From positions 1,056,001-1,120,000 of the forward strand of contig CBDCFW010000006.1 of the NCBI GenBank assembly GCA_965216465.1: a stretch of 64,000 nt of DNA, in the 5' to 3' direction. The notes beneath the pieces are model-generated. The model saw only the letters and a list, made by a program, of their open reading frames with translations. It searched no databases and had not been told where the DNA came from. A program made the position numbers and the translations under genes. The stretch's first letter is position 1, and each line of letters starts with the position of its first letter. This DNA is from Bacteroidia bacterium (lineage in GTDB: Bacteria > Bacteroidota > Bacteroidia > NS11-12g > UBA9320). Positions 9,972 through 20,719 of this stretch are shown piece after piece.

Positions 9972-12830
9972 TTAGTTCAACAAGAGAGGCTGTGCTAAGA
10001 TTCTGTCTTCGTGCACGAGTCGAATCCAATACATTCCTCTTGCGAGTGATGAAACATTAACCGTTGAGCTTTTCCCTACTAGTGAGTGAGTGCTCACTAT
10101 TTCTCCATTCAAACTGATAATATGCAGTTCGAACGGTTTTCCTGATTCACTTTCTACGGTTATTTTGTGAGTAGCTGGACTTGGGTATATTTTGTATCCC
10201 GCTCGAACTACTTCGGCAACATTTCCAGTGTACTTAACGGTGATTGAATCTACCGCTGTACCACAAACATTGGTTTCTTCTAACCAGTAGGTTCCTTCTA
10301 GCCGAATTTCTGCAGAATCTGAATTCGAGCCAAAGTTCCAGAGGTATGTGGCAAATCGACTAGGTGTTCTGTTTGCCACCTTTATTACGTCAAACTGGTT
10401 GATCATGGTATCAGGACCTAAATCAACCTTAGGTGAGTCTAACACATAAACATAAATTGAATCTGAGGTGGTTCCGCATACATTGCTTACATCCACCCTA
10501 TGAAATGCCTCAGTTTTAATAGAGGTGAATGAATCGGTAGTTCCATTAGACCAGAAGTAATCATATTCACTGTTGTATCGCGTTGAAAGCGTGGTTGAAT
10601 CACCAGTACATATTATAGTGTCTCCCCCAAACGCAATATCAGGTCGAAGCTTCAAGTAAATTTCAATAGTATCTCTATCGGAACCACATTCGTTTAGAAC
10701 TTCGATCGTGTAGGTGCCAGCTTGAGTAATGGTTGTAGAATCTAGATTTTGACCCCCATTGCTCCATTGAATATCTGTAACATTTGCCCCTGTTGCTGTA
10801 AGGATGAATGTGCTGTCTTCGCAAATTTGATCGTTCAGATTGGTAATGTTCACCGAAGGGTCAAACTTACGCTCAATATAAAAATCTTCTGAAAAAGCAT
10901 AACTACACAAACTATCATAAACTGATAAGCTATGAACACCGCTATCTGAGGTAGTATATTTTAATCCTGTTGATCCATCAGGCCATATCCAGCTAACTTG
11001 TGATGGAGGATTAATAGTAACTGATGTGCTTTCACCCTTACACAAGGCGGTATCTCTCAATTGGGGAGCATATTCTCTAAATTCAACGAAAAAGGAAGCT
11101 GAAGTTGTGTCTCCACATTGGTCAGCTAGATTTACGTTATATGTTCCACCACTCGACACGGTAATTTTATTGGTTGTATCTCCAGTATTCCAATCGGTTG
11201 TTGCCCATTTAGCATCAACTTCTAATTCTTGTTCATTGGTATAACAAGCCAGGAATTCGGTTTCTAGCGGAAGTCCAAATGCTTCATTCGCAGAAATTTC
11301 AATAGTGTCGAATACCACTGTTTCGCATGCCAAAGCGTAGGAAGACGTAGTGGTTATATAGAAGGTACCCGAATCACGTAACTTAAAAGTGTCAGATGGC
11401 TGAAAAGCAGATATAAAGCCGTTGTGAACAGCATATCCTCCTGTGTCTGTTACATTATAACTTACAATAGAAGAAATTCCTCTAAAGGTATCCAATTGAG
11501 CAGTAACGCTATACTTGCCACATCCAATCTTATTTACTGTGGTGCTTAGGTCAGGGCGCTCATAATTGTGAATAGTAAATCGTCGCACGTTGTAGCTAAA
11601 CGCAGCCTTCGAATTGGTTTCATAGGCATAAACATATACATCAAATGAGTTTGGAACAGTGTCGAACGAATCGGTGTTCCAAGTCAGCTTTCCAAATAAT
11701 TCAGTTTTCGATGTTCCATACAATTGAGTGTCAATTGAAAGCTGCACAGGGTAGTCGCATAAAATTCTAAACCCAAGGGTGTCAGGAACCGCAGTTGCAG
11801 GAGGCGGAGGAACAGTTATTTGGTCAATGGCTTCTAGATTGATAGTGTTCGTTTCACCGATACAAGAGGTGTATGAGTTGTTTGTGTTTTGAATTTCAGG
11901 TAAGTTGTTATGGCCAATACTGTACACTGCAAGTCCAGTTTCACGATGGGTTACACCGGCCTTTGCCATAGTTCCGCTACTGTCTTTCTGCCACTCAGTT
12001 ACTTTAACCATGTAGGAAGTGATATCATTTTGATTGGTGGAAGTGAAAGCCATATCACCAGTTTTTTCATCAAAATAAAATCCTACCGGAGGGTCAAGTT
12101 GAGGGAATGAAATTGGGTATGAAAATGAACCGTAGTAAAATACATTTAAAGGTTGATCAGCATAATAACCTGTAGAATAAGTTACAGAAGAGGTTGCATT
12201 TGTCTTAGGGTTTATCAATTCAAAAGATAGGGAGTCGTTATCGTTGTTATATTGCTTATGTGCATAACGTACACCAACTTGAGCTGGAACTTGAAACAAT
12301 GGAACGGTCTCGGCGTGAGTTGAGTTGTTATTAGGAAATTTGGTTGGGAAGAATGAAGCTGAGTTGTAAATATTAGAGTTCGCAACTCCTGTGGTATAAA
12401 AGGAACCTCTACAACAAGTACCATAAGCTATGATTACTTCAGAGCAAGTGTAGTAATTTGAAAAAGGACTTTGTGAAAAGTCGATGGTGTCTTTAAATAC
12501 CAATTCTTCGAGACCTTGTCCTGTTCCAGTTGTATTTGGCGGATCGCATTCTTTTGCCGTGCCACTAAAGCTTGTTAATTCTCGAATGGAAACCAACGTT
12601 GGTGTTAAGGATGTTGAAGCTCCGGATCCTGCACAATGTACGCTTGTTGAACTTGTGATGTCAGAAATTGCTAAGCCATTGCAGTATCGATAAACTTTGA
12701 ATGTAATTTCAAATACAGTGGAGTCCGAATAAATTTGTTTGTAGCTCACTTCAGTGCCAACTTGGCTAGAAGCCGTGCTATATTGGATCGCACCAAAAAA
12801 GAAAGCCAGAATAAGTATTAGTTTTTTCAT
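9972..12830 (-). CDS. Large T9SS-secreted protein with Ig/PKD-like repeats (adhesin-like)
   Basis: Signal peptide, YRYC and CCR motifs, repeated WSNG/WNTG...N.CG units, C-terminal YPSPA...GMYWIR. Confidence 0.8.
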   Translation of the reverse strand: MKKLILILAFFFGAIQYSTASSQVGTEVSYKQIYSDSTVFEITFKVYRYCNGLAISDITSSTSVHCAGSGASTSLTPTLVSIRELTSFSGTAKECDPPNTTGTGQGLEELVFKDTIDFSQSPFSNYYTCSEVIIAYGTCCRGSFYTTGVANSNIYNSASFFPTKFPNNNSTHAETVPLFQVPAQVGVRYAHKQYNNDNDSLSFELINPKTNATSSVTYSTGYYADQPLNVFYYGSFSYPISFPQLDPPVGFYFDEKTGDMAFTSTNQNDITSYMVKVTEWQKDSSGTMAKAGVTHRETGLAVYSIGHNNLPEIQNTNNSYTSCIGETNTINLEAIDQITVPPPPATAVPDTLGFRILCDYPVQLSIDTQLYGTSKTELFGKLTWNTDSFDTVPNSFDVYVYAYETNSKAAFSYNVRRFTIHNYERPDLSTTVNKIGCGKYSVTAQLDTFRGISSIVSYNVTDTGGYAVHNGFISAFQPSDTFKLRDSGTFYITTTSSYALACETVVFDTIEISANEAFGLPLETEFLACYTNEQELEVDAKWATTDWNTGDTTNKITVSSGGTYNVNLADQCGDTTSASFFVEFREYAPQLRDTALCKGESTSVTINPPSQVSWIWPDGSTGLKYTTSDSGVHSLSVYDSLCSYAFSEDFYIERKFDPSVNITNLNDQICEDSTFILTATGANVTDIQWSNGGQNLDSTTITQAGTYTIEVLNECGSDRDTIEIYLKLRPDIAFGGDTIICTGDSTTLSTRYNSEYDYFWSNGTTDSFTSIKTEAFHRVDVSNVCGTTSDSIYVYVLDSPKVDLGPDTMINQFDVIKVANRTPSRFATYLWNFGSNSDSAEIRLEGTYWLEETNVCGTAVDSITVKYTGNVAEVVRAGYKIYPSPATHKITVESESGKPFELHIISLNGEIVSTHSLVGKSSTVNVSSLARGMYWIRLVHEDRILAQPLLLN

Positions 12831-12865
12831 AAAGGAAGTCTAAGTAATAATTACCAATCGGCAAG

Positions 12866-13768
12866 TTACTTAATTTCATCCAAAATACTTAAATAACTTA
12901 AATATCTTGACTCGTCAATAGCTCCTTTGCTCAACTCTTCAAGCACTTTGCACTCAGGTTCTTCTACATGAATGCAATTGCTGAACTTGCATTGATCGCG
13001 CACAGCTTTCATTTCAGGGAAGTAATGTGAAATTTCAGTTGGTTGCATTCCAACTAAACCAAAATCTTTAATACCCGGAGTATCAATTATGCGTGCTCCG
13101 GTGCTTGCTATAAACATTTGAGCAAAAGTGGTCGTGTGTTTTCCTTTGTGGTATGACTTAGAAATTTTACCCGTTTTCTGTGCTGTACCAGGAATCAATG
13201 CATTGATTAACGTCGATTTCCCAACTCCAGAATTCCCACTTAGCAAGACACATTTATTGCCAATCAATTCTTTAATCTGCTCAACATCAGTACTTTCAAG
13301 AAAGCTAACGTTGTGAATAGGGTATCCGATTTTAGCGTAAAGCTCTTGCAGAAAGCCTCGATGAGCATTTGCTTTTTTGGTGTTCAGATCACTTTTGTTT
13401 AATAGGATTTGAACAGGAATATGATAGGCTTCCGCAGTGACTAAAAATCGATCAATAAATCCTTGTGGAGTATATGGAGATGCGGGAGAAACAATAAGCA
13501 ATGCCATATCAATGTTCGCCGCAATCAGCTGATACTGCTTCGAAAGCTTATTTGACTTTCGAACAATGCAGTTTTTTCGCTCTTCAATGCCTTTAATGAA
13601 ATACTCCCCTTCTTCTTCTTCAAGAAAGACTTCATCACCCACCACAACTGGGTTGGTAGATTTCAGTTTTTGTTTGCGAATGATACCTCGTAAACGTGCA
13701 TCAACCTCCTGGTTCTGATAGATAACCTTATACCAACTTCCGGTAGATTTGCTTACGATTCCTTTCAT
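12866..13768 (-). CDS. rsgA: Ribosome small subunit-dependent GTPase A
   Basis: NKSD, GNSGVGKS, GKHTT, DTPG motifs and CKFSNCIH.EPEC zinc finger. Confidence 0.96.
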   Translation of the reverse strand: MKGIVSKSTGSWYKVIYQNQEVDARLRGIIRKQKLKSTNPVVVGDEVFLEEEEGEYFIKGIEERKNCIVRKSNKLSKQYQLIAANIDMALLIVSPASPYTPQGFIDRFLVTAEAYHIPVQILLNKSDLNTKKANAHRGFLQELYAKIGYPIHNVSFLESTDVEQIKELIGNKCVLLSGNSGVGKSTLINALIPGTAQKTGKISKSYHKGKHTTTFAQMFIASTGARIIDTPGIKDFGLVGMQPTEISHYFPEMKAVRDQCKFSNCIHVEEPECKVLEELSKGAIDESRYLSYLSILDEIK

Positions 13769-14718
13769 TAGAACACTTCCGAAACAACATCTTTTGTCGC
13801 TCCAGAATAACTCATGGTATAAAAATGCAGTGCTGGCACATTGTGCTTTTTCAGTTCCTTACACTGGTTGATTGCCCATTCTATTCCAATCTGCCTTGCT
13901 GCCACATCGTCTTTGGCTTGCTCTAGTTCATTTGATAATTCAACAGGAATATCCATGTTAAATATCTTAGGCAACTTATAAACTTGGTCCTTTTTGGTAA
14001 TTGGTTTGATACCCGGAATGATTGGAACATTAATTCCCATTTCTCGGCATCGATCTACATACTCAAAGTATTTTTTATTATCAAAAAACATTTGAGTGGT
14101 TATAAACTCAGCGCCTGCATCTACTTTTCGCTTTAAGAATTTAAGGTCCGATTCCATATTTGGAGCATCGATGTGTTTTTCAGGATATCCGGCTGCTCCG
14201 ATACAGAAATTGGTTTCTGTTGTATTCTTCAGTTCTTCATCAAGGTAAACCCCATGATTCAAGTCGTCAATTTGACGAATGAGGTCTAGTGAATTGGAGT
14301 TGCCATTTTTTTCTGGTGTGAAGTTTCTTTCGTCTCTCAAATTATCTCCACGCAGTGCTAGAATATTTTGAATACCTAAAAAGTTTAAGTCAATCAGTGC
14401 ACTTTCCGTTTCATCTTTATTAAAACCTCCACAAATAAGATGAGGTACTGCTTCAACATGGTATTTATTCATCAGTGCGGCACAAATTGCAACTGTACCT
14501 GGACGTTTACGTGTGCTAATTTTATTAAAGCTACCATCAGGTCTCTCCCTTAAAATATACTCCTCACGATGATATGTAACATCAATAAACGAGGGTTTAA
14601 ACTCTATCAAGGGATCAATAGCTTTATACAGGTTCTCGATTCCTTTTCCTTTTAGTGGAGGAAGAACTTCAAATGAGAATAGGGTCTTATCGGGTGTTAT
14701 ATACTCTGTAAGCTTCAT
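13768..14718 (-). CDS. metF: Methylenetetrahydrofolate reductase
   Basis: SFEVLPP, ALRGD, AGYPEKH, TQMFFD, LHFYTM motifs. Confidence 0.95.
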   Translation of the reverse strand: MKLTEYITPDKTLFSFEVLPPLKGKGIENLYKAIDPLIEFKPSFIDVTYHREEYILRERPDGSFNKISTRKRPGTVAICAALMNKYHVEAVPHLICGGFNKDETESALIDLNFLGIQNILALRGDNLRDERNFTPEKNGNSNSLDLIRQIDDLNHGVYLDEELKNTTETNFCIGAAGYPEKHIDAPNMESDLKFLKRKVDAGAEFITTQMFFDNKKYFEYVDRCREMGINVPIIPGIKPITKKDQVYKLPKIFNMDIPVELSNELEQAKDDVAARQIGIEWAINQCKELKKHNVPALHFYTMSYSGATKDVVSEVF

Positions 14719-16418
14719 TAGAATTGAACTTGTAATTCGACAACTTCTCCATCTCTCATAATAGTCATAGGTACTTGGTCACCCTCATTCAATGATGAAA
14801 GTACGCCCATGTAATCCTGCATATTCATGATGGGTTTGCCATTTAAAGTTTTAATAATATCTCCTTTCAATAAACCAGCTTTGAAACCCGGTTTTCCATC
14901 TTTAACACCATCAACGCGCATGCCTTCACCATCGTATACATAGTCTGGCATGATTCCCAAAGTAACCTTAAACTTTCTTCGACCTTGTGTGTCGTCTTTA
15001 GTTTTGGTGAACTTTACCTTTCCTCGTTTGTCCATATCACGCATGTACTTACTGATGTACTTTGTTACATAGGTAGTTCCATCCATGTTCACGACTTCTA
15101 TATCATCGGTAGGTTTATGATAATACTGATGCTGACCAGTAAAGAAGTGAACTGCAGGAATGTCTTGCAAGTAAAATGAAGTATGATCAGATGAGCCAAT
15201 ACCGCTTTCTGTAGTCTTGTATTTTGCGATCTTTTTATCAGAATATTTTACATTGGCCATTGCCTCTTTCCAAGCTGGCGATGTGCCAACACCATTTATA
15301 ATCAATGTTTTGTGAGTAGAATCTAGGTGACCAACCATATCCATGTTAATCATATAATTGAAGAAGTCAATTCCAATTTCAGGTTTACTGATAAAATATT
15401 TTGACCCAACGAGTCCCATTTCTTCTGCTGTAAATGCAATGAAGAGGTAGTTGTTATTATTATACCGATTCTTTTTCTTTTTTACGATTCGTGCGAGCTC
15501 TAACATCGCTGCTACACCACTGGCATTATCGTCTGCACCATTATGAATATCTCCAGGACGTTCTGCAAGCGAGCCGCTTATTTCTCCACTACCTAAGTGG
15601 TCGTGATGTGCTCCTACCACCACCGTATATTCTGCCCCGTTATCTACGTAGCCAATCACATTGCTCGCACTACTCGATAGCAACATTATATCTGAAATAA
15701 CATTGATGGTAATGTCATCTTTATCGGTCAAATCCTTTTTAACAAACATTACAGGAATGCCCGAATGTTTCGTTGTTTTTGCCAAAGTTCCATCCGGATA
15801 TTCTTTAGAATCAGTTGCATAAAACAAGACTGCTTTCGCTCCTTTTGACTTTGCAAAATTTACGCGATGTTCTACTCCTGACCATCCTAAAAATTTGCTA
15901 TGCGGATGATTGCCTCCTGGAAGTGAGATGTTGATTATCACCGCTTTACCTGAAACATCAAGATCTTTGTAATCATCGTGATCCAGTCCTCCATCTGATA
16001 TTCCGTACCCTACATTTACTGCCTTTCCGTAATATGTGCCCGTGTTGCTACTCGGACTCAAGGGGTAAAAGTCTGAAAACAGGGTGAGAACATCTTTTTC
16101 TAAATTGAGTGTTGAGTTGGCTTGTGCCATACGCAACGTTGCAATGTCAAGATATTGATGATATCCTTCTTCACCTTTGGGCTCCAGACCAAGTAGTTCA
16201 AATTGCTCGGCAATGTATTTTGCCGACATTTGCTCGCCAGCACTTCCTGTTCCTCTTCCTTGAAGTTCATCACTCGCAAGATAGGAAATGTGCTTCTCGA
16301 CATTTTTACGAATTTTCTTTTCGCCAAATCGAGGTTTTTGTGCAAATGAAATCAAGCCAATCGCAATTATTAAACCAGTTAATAATGCTCTTCTGTTTTT
16401 ATTTAATAAGATTTCCAA
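14718..16418 (-). CDS. M28 family peptidase with PA and PDZ domains
   Basis: GAHHDH, GADDNASG, AEEMGL, SDH, YHKPTD; C-terminal LGIMPD PDZ; start uncertain. Confidence 0.9.
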   Translation of the reverse strand: MEILLNKNRRALLTGLIIAIGLISFAQKPRFGEKKIRKNVEKHISYLASDELQGRGTGSAGEQMSAKYIAEQFELLGLEPKGEEGYHQYLDIATLRMAQANSTLNLEKDVLTLFSDFYPLSPSSNTGTYYGKAVNVGYGISDGGLDHDDYKDLDVSGKAVIINISLPGGNHPHSKFLGWSGVEHRVNFAKSKGAKAVLFYATDSKEYPDGTLAKTTKHSGIPVMFVKKDLTDKDDITINVISDIMLLSSSASNVIGYVDNGAEYTVVVGAHHDHLGSGEISGSLAERPGDIHNGADDNASGVAAMLELARIVKKKKNRYNNNNYLFIAFTAEEMGLVGSKYFISKPEIGIDFFNYMINMDMVGHLDSTHKTLIINGVGTSPAWKEAMANVKYSDKKIAKYKTTESGIGSSDHTSFYLQDIPAVHFFTGQHQYYHKPTDDIEVVNMDGTTYVTKYISKYMRDMDKRGKVKFTKTKDDTQGRRKFKVTLGIMPDYVYDGEGMRVDGVKDGKPGFKAGLLKGDIIKTLNGKPIMNMQDYMGVLSSLNEGDQVPMTIMRDGEVVELQVQF

Positions 16419-17214
16419 CGGTGTTAAATATTACAATGATTATTAGGGCTGCAAATATAATTTTCAAAGTCTTATCTGCTGTTTTTTGTGCCAGGCCAAC
16501 TCCAAAAGGTGCAGCGAACAAAAGTCCTGCGACCATCGGAAAGAACAGACTAGGTAAAAGGTATCCAAATTGATAGTCGCTATAGAACTCAACCGGAGTC
16601 GCGGCTCCATAGTTCAATAGTATAGGAACAATGATTAAAGGAATAGTTCCAATTGAAATTGCGGAAGCATCTTTAATGCTAATTTTAACGTATTGCGTAA
16701 ACAATGGAATCATAATAACTCCACCACCTAAACCAGATAGGGCGGTTACTATTCCCGTAAAAAATCCCGTAACCAGATACTTCAACGAGTGAGATTCTTT
16801 AACTGGAATGGGATCATGTTTTGTTTTAATCAAGAATCGAATAAGCGTTAAAACAAGTAGTCCTAGAAAGAATATACCAAAAGCTCTTTTGCTATACCAG
16901 CTTGCACTTGCAATCATATAACTCATGGCATAACTCGATACCATGGCCAGAGCAGCTGTCATCACTATTTGCCTAGGGTAAAATGATTTGATCTTTTTTT
17001 GTTTGTAAGTGCTAATAATTCCAGCGAAGAAGATTGTTGCAAATGAATTTGCCAAGACATATTTAACGAGCTCAGCATCGTCAACTCCCATGTTTTTTAG
17101 GTAGTAAGTTAGAATAGGAACGAATATGATTCCACCTCCAACACCCAAAAGCCCACTTAAAAATCCTCCAACTAATCCAAAGAAAAATAGGATTAGGATA
17201 ACTGTTAAATCCAC
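16399..17214 (-). CDS. TauE/SafE family membrane exporter
   Basis: Duplicated GLLGVGGG..VP / GLGGG..IP motifs, multiple TM helices. Confidence 0.9.
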   Translation of the reverse strand: MDLTVILILFFFGLVGGFLSGLLGVGGGIIFVPILTYYLKNMGVDDAELVKYVLANSFATIFFAGIISTYKQKKIKSFYPRQIVMTAALAMVSSYAMSYMIASASWYSKRAFGIFFLGLLVLTLIRFLIKTKHDPIPVKESHSLKYLVTGFFTGIVTALSGLGGGVIMIPLFTQYVKISIKDASAISIGTIPLIIVPILLNYGAATPVEFYSDYQFGYLLPSLFFPMVAGLLFAAPFGVGLAQKTADKTLKIIFAALIIIVIFNTVGNLIK

Positions 17215-17216
17215 TA

Positions 17217-18839
17217 CTAATTTAAAATTTGATCGTATTCTAAAATGTCATTAAATATGGCCAATGCCTTATCTAAATCAAGATCGTCGTCAAACGACAC
17301 TTCAACCCTCCCTTTTTCGAAATAATATCGCTTTACAATTTCGTATTCGATTAGTTCTTTAATCTCTTCTTTGTTATTGGTCATGTCTTCTTTTTTTGTT
17401 TCCTTAAGTCGTTCTTCTAAGGCAACAAATTGTTCATCAAGAAGCTCAAAGTACTTATCTTTCTTTGCTTGTTCAACCATCTTTTCCAAAGCTTGTTCGG
17501 TTCGGGTGGTGTACGTGTAATCTTTATCTTTTACATAACTAACAAACTGTTGGTACAATTCGTCTGAAACGTCAAATTCTTGAGCCGCTGGTATAGATTC
17601 GTTTTTACTTCGAAACTCATTTGCGAACAGGAATGTTAGATTATTCTGCAATAAGCTTTGACTCACTTTTGAATAATTATCGAGCGGCACGTCGATATCA
17701 GGGAAAATACCGGCCCCATCGGTTACGGGTCGACCTTTTTGCGTAAAGAAGGTTTGTTTTGCACTATCCGCTACTTCCAATGCTTTGCCATCAACTTTGT
17801 TGCCATAATCAAGGCGTTGAATTAGTCTTCCACTTGGCAAGTAATACTTGCCGGTTGTCACTTTCATTTGCGTGTTATAGGTAAGTTTTTTAGTGGTTTG
17901 AACTAGCCCTTTTCCAAAGGAATTTCGTCCGATTAGCACAGCACGATCTAAGTCTTGCAAACTTCCAGCAACAATTTCACTTGCAGAGGCAGAATTTTTG
18001 TTGATTAATACAACTAGCGGAATATCCGTATCGACAGGGGACCCTTGGGTTTTGTATATTTGATTGTCTTCCTTGAATTTACCTTTTGTTGTTACAACTG
18101 TAACACCTCTATTTACAAATACATTTACAATTTTAACAGCTTCGATCAAGAGTCCTCCTCCATTATTGCGAAGGTCTAGAATCATTGATTTTGCACCTCT
18201 CGATTTTAGGTCAACGACGGCATCATAAACTTCTTTGCCCGCGTTAGGAGTGAAGCCAGTTAGCTTAATGTAGCCTGTATTTGTTCCGACGATATTGTAG
18301 TACGGAACATTCTTGAGTTTAATTTGCTGACGAGTTATGGTTTTCTCAATTTCACCAACTCCTAAACGGTCAACCACCATTTTTAGTTTAGTTCCAGCAT
18401 TCCCTTTTAGAAATTCAGAGATCTCACTCGATTTCTTACCTTTCATGTCAATACCGTCGATTCTTAAAATTTTGTCACCGGGTAATAATCCTGCCTTTTG
18501 TGCGGGGTAGTCATCGTACGGCGATTCAATAACAATGTAGCCATCTATCTCACGAATGCTTGATCCAATTCCGGCATAGGTTCCTGTTACCTCATAACGG
18601 TAATCTTCGGCTTGGGCTTCTGAATAAAAATTGGTGTATGGGTCTAGCGAATTAAGCATGCCATCTACAGCAGCCCGAATTAACTCACCAGGTTTAACTT
18701 CATCAACATATGAAGTATTTACTTCTTTGTAAACCGAAGCAAAAATGTCGAGGTTTTTAGATATTTCGAAGTAGTCGTCAGCTTTAAAGGCCAATAAGCC
18801 TAAACAGGCGACGCTAAATAATGCAATGTATTTTTTCAA
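17217..18839 (-). CDS. S41 C-terminal processing peptidase
   Basis: LDPYT, PDZ domain, DLRNNGGG, SASASEI, SFGKGLVQ. Confidence 0.95.
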   Translation of the reverse strand: MKKYIALFSVACLGLLAFKADDYFEISKNLDIFASVYKEVNTSYVDEVKPGELIRAAVDGMLNSLDPYTNFYSEAQAEDYRYEVTGTYAGIGSSIREIDGYIVIESPYDDYPAQKAGLLPGDKILRIDGIDMKGKKSSEISEFLKGNAGTKLKMVVDRLGVGEIEKTITRQQIKLKNVPYYNIVGTNTGYIKLTGFTPNAGKEVYDAVVDLKSRGAKSMILDLRNNGGGLLIEAVKIVNVFVNRGVTVVTTKGKFKEDNQIYKTQGSPVDTDIPLVVLINKNSASASEIVAGSLQDLDRAVLIGRNSFGKGLVQTTKKLTYNTQMKVTTGKYYLPSGRLIQRLDYGNKVDGKALEVADSAKQTFFTQKGRPVTDGAGIFPDIDVPLDNYSKVSQSLLQNNLTFLFANEFRSKNESIPAAQEFDVSDELYQQFVSYVKDKDYTYTTRTEQALEKMVEQAKKDKYFELLDEQFVALEERLKETKKEDMTNNKEEIKELIEYEIVKRYYFEKGRVEVSFDDDLDLDKALAIFNDILEYDQILN

Positions 18840-18942
18840 AACGTTTTTTGAATGGACACAAATGTAACGAAACCTAGTTTCTAAGTTATTGTATCAGCAT
18901 TCAAGTTTTCGATTAAGTTGTACAGAATGATGACATTAAAAC

Positions 18943-19185
18943 CTAAGGTACGGGGTCATAGCCGCTTTTCTTACTCCAAGGATGGCAACTTAAAATTCGG
19001 CGAACCGCTAGGTACAAACCTTTAAACGGACCGTGTTTTTGAAGGGCTTCTACTGCATAGGCACTGCACGTAGGGTGGTAACGGCAAGTTGCAGGTAAGA
19101 AAGGAGATATTACCTTTTGATAGATTCGAATAGGAATCATCAATAAAATAGACAATATGTTAAGCAAGCCTTTTAATAAACTCAT
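18943..19185 (-). CDS. yidD: Membrane protein insertion efficiency factor YidD
   Basis: [25 protein letters not shown]. Confidence 0.95.
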   Translation of the reverse strand: MSLLKGLLNILSILLMIPIRIYQKVISPFLPATCRYHPTCSAYAVEALQKHGPFKGLYLAVRRILSCHPWSKKSGYDPVP

Positions 19186-19546
19186 CGATAGCCAAATTTA
19201 GGTCTTTATTAATCTTTTCAAACGAGTGTATCTCTTGATTTAGATACATAACGCACAAGGCATATTTCTGTTTGGTGTCTATAGCATCATAAATTCGATG
19301 TTTATTTAGCCGATAGGATTCTCTTAAAAGTCGCTTCACACGATTGCGATCAGGGGCCTTTTTAAACTTTCGTTTACTAGCTGAAAACATGGCTTGACAG
19401 GGAAATGGCGTTTCCAAGTCTGCTTTCATGTAAATAAATAATAAAGAATTTGAGAAGATACTTTCTCCCTTTTTTAGGAAGATAGCGTCAATAGTTTTCT
19501 GGTTAGAAAGTTTCTCGAGTTTATGAAAAGTAGCGGATATCCCCAT
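19160..19546 (-). CDS. rnpA: Ribonuclease P protein component
   Basis: [24 protein letters not shown] (RNR motif); synteny with rpmH and yidD. Confidence 0.93.
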   Translation of the reverse strand: MGISATFHKLEKLSNQKTIDAIFLKKGESIFSNSLLFIYMKADLETPFPCQAMFSASKRKFKKAPDRNRVKRLLRESYRLNKHRIYDAIDTKQKYALCVMYLNQEIHSFEKINKDLNLAIDEFIKRLA

Positions 19547-19565
19547 AATTGTTGGGGCACTTCAA

Positions 19566-19727
19566 TTAGTGCTTGTGACGTGGTTCGTCAGAAACAGTAA
19601 GTTTCTTTCTGCCCTTTTTGCGACGAGCAGCTAGTACTTTTCTTCCGTTTTTAGTAGACATTCTCTCTCTAAAACCGTGTTTGTTTCTTCTTTTTCTTCT
19701 ACTTGGTTGAAATGTTCTTTTACTCAT
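19566..19727 (-). CDS. rpmH: 50S ribosomal protein L34 (absent from the ORF track)
   Basis: Manual translation [53 protein letters not shown] (53 aa). Confidence 0.97.
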   Translation of the reverse strand: MSKRTFQPSRRKRRNKHGFRERMSTKNGRKVLAARRKKGRKKLTVSDEPRHKH

Positions 19728-19799
19728 TTTAAAATAAAATTAAACTGTTCGTTTCTAAAAGGCTTGCAAAAGTAATATTTTATTTAAATAAAACTATTC

Positions 19800-20690
19800 T
19801 CAGTCCTCATTTTCTAAAATTTCTTTAGCCTCTTTCATTTTGCTAATCTCCTTGTCGCTAACGGTAGGGTATGATAAGTTAAGTTCTTCGAGGGTTTGAA
19901 CCACAATGTCAGATACTATGGCCCTCATAACTGTCTTATTATCAGCAGGGATAACATACCACGGAGCATCAGAGGTCGAGGTTTTGCTAATTGCTGTCTC
20001 ATAGGCCTTCATATATTCTGGCCAAAATCCACGCTCGACTAAATCTCCGAAGCTAAATTTCCAGTTTTTCTTAGTCTCGTTTATACGTGATAAGAAGCGA
20101 GCCTTTTGCTGATCCTTGCTCACATTTAAGAAAAACTTAATGATTACAGTTCCATTGTTTACTAAGTGTTTTTCCCAATTTGCAATGCTTTGATACCTGT
20201 TGTTCCAAAATTCATCGTCAAGCTGGCTGAGCTCAGTAATGCCGGGAATCGCTTGTCCCAGAACATATTCGGGATGAACCTTGCATACTAGCACTTCCTC
20301 ATAATGGCTTCGATTAAATATTCCAATTCTACCTCTTTCTGGCAGTGCTTTTTGGCAACGCCATAAGTAATCATGATCTAATTCTTCTTTACTCGGAGCC
20401 TTAAAACTACTTACTTGAAACCCGGTTGGATTTACTCCGCTAAAAACAGATCGTATGGTGCTGTCTTTGCCCGCCGCGTCCATCGCCTGAAAAATCAATA
20501 AAATAGAATGTCGGTCACTAGCATATAATTTGCGTTGTAGCTTGCTTAGCTTTTTGTTGTTAGATTTTAAAAGTTCGAGTGCGGCTTCATCGGAAGCTAG
20601 ACCTCCGCTGTATGATGTTTCATAGTCTGATAACTTAAAATTTGCAGGATCTGAAACCTGTACTTTTGGGTCGTTTTTAAAGGATTGCAC
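19800..20690 (-). CDS. ppk2: Polyphosphate kinase 2 family protein
   Basis: QAMDAAGKD Walker A, FNRSHYEEVL, WKFS, PWYVIPADNK; GTG start at 20690 preferred. Confidence 0.92.
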   Translation of the reverse strand: MQSFKNDPKVQVSDPANFKLSDYETSYSGGLASDEAALELLKSNNKKLSKLQRKLYASDRHSILLIFQAMDAAGKDSTIRSVFSGVNPTGFQVSSFKAPSKEELDHDYLWRCQKALPERGRIGIFNRSHYEEVLVCKVHPEYVLGQAIPGITELSQLDDEFWNNRYQSIANWEKHLVNNGTVIIKFFLNVSKDQQKARFLSRINETKKNWKFSFGDLVERGFWPEYMKAYETAISKTSTSDAPWYVIPADNKTVMRAIVSDIVVQTLEELNLSYPTVSDKEISKMKEAKEILENED

Positions 20691-20719
20691 ATAGCAAATA
20701 AAATCATAAGTTTGAAGCA

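Noticed and set aside
18943-19799. rpmH-rnpA-yidD as a marker of oriC
   Set aside because: No dnaA or yidC nearby and no DnaA-box cluster seen; the intergenic gap is short
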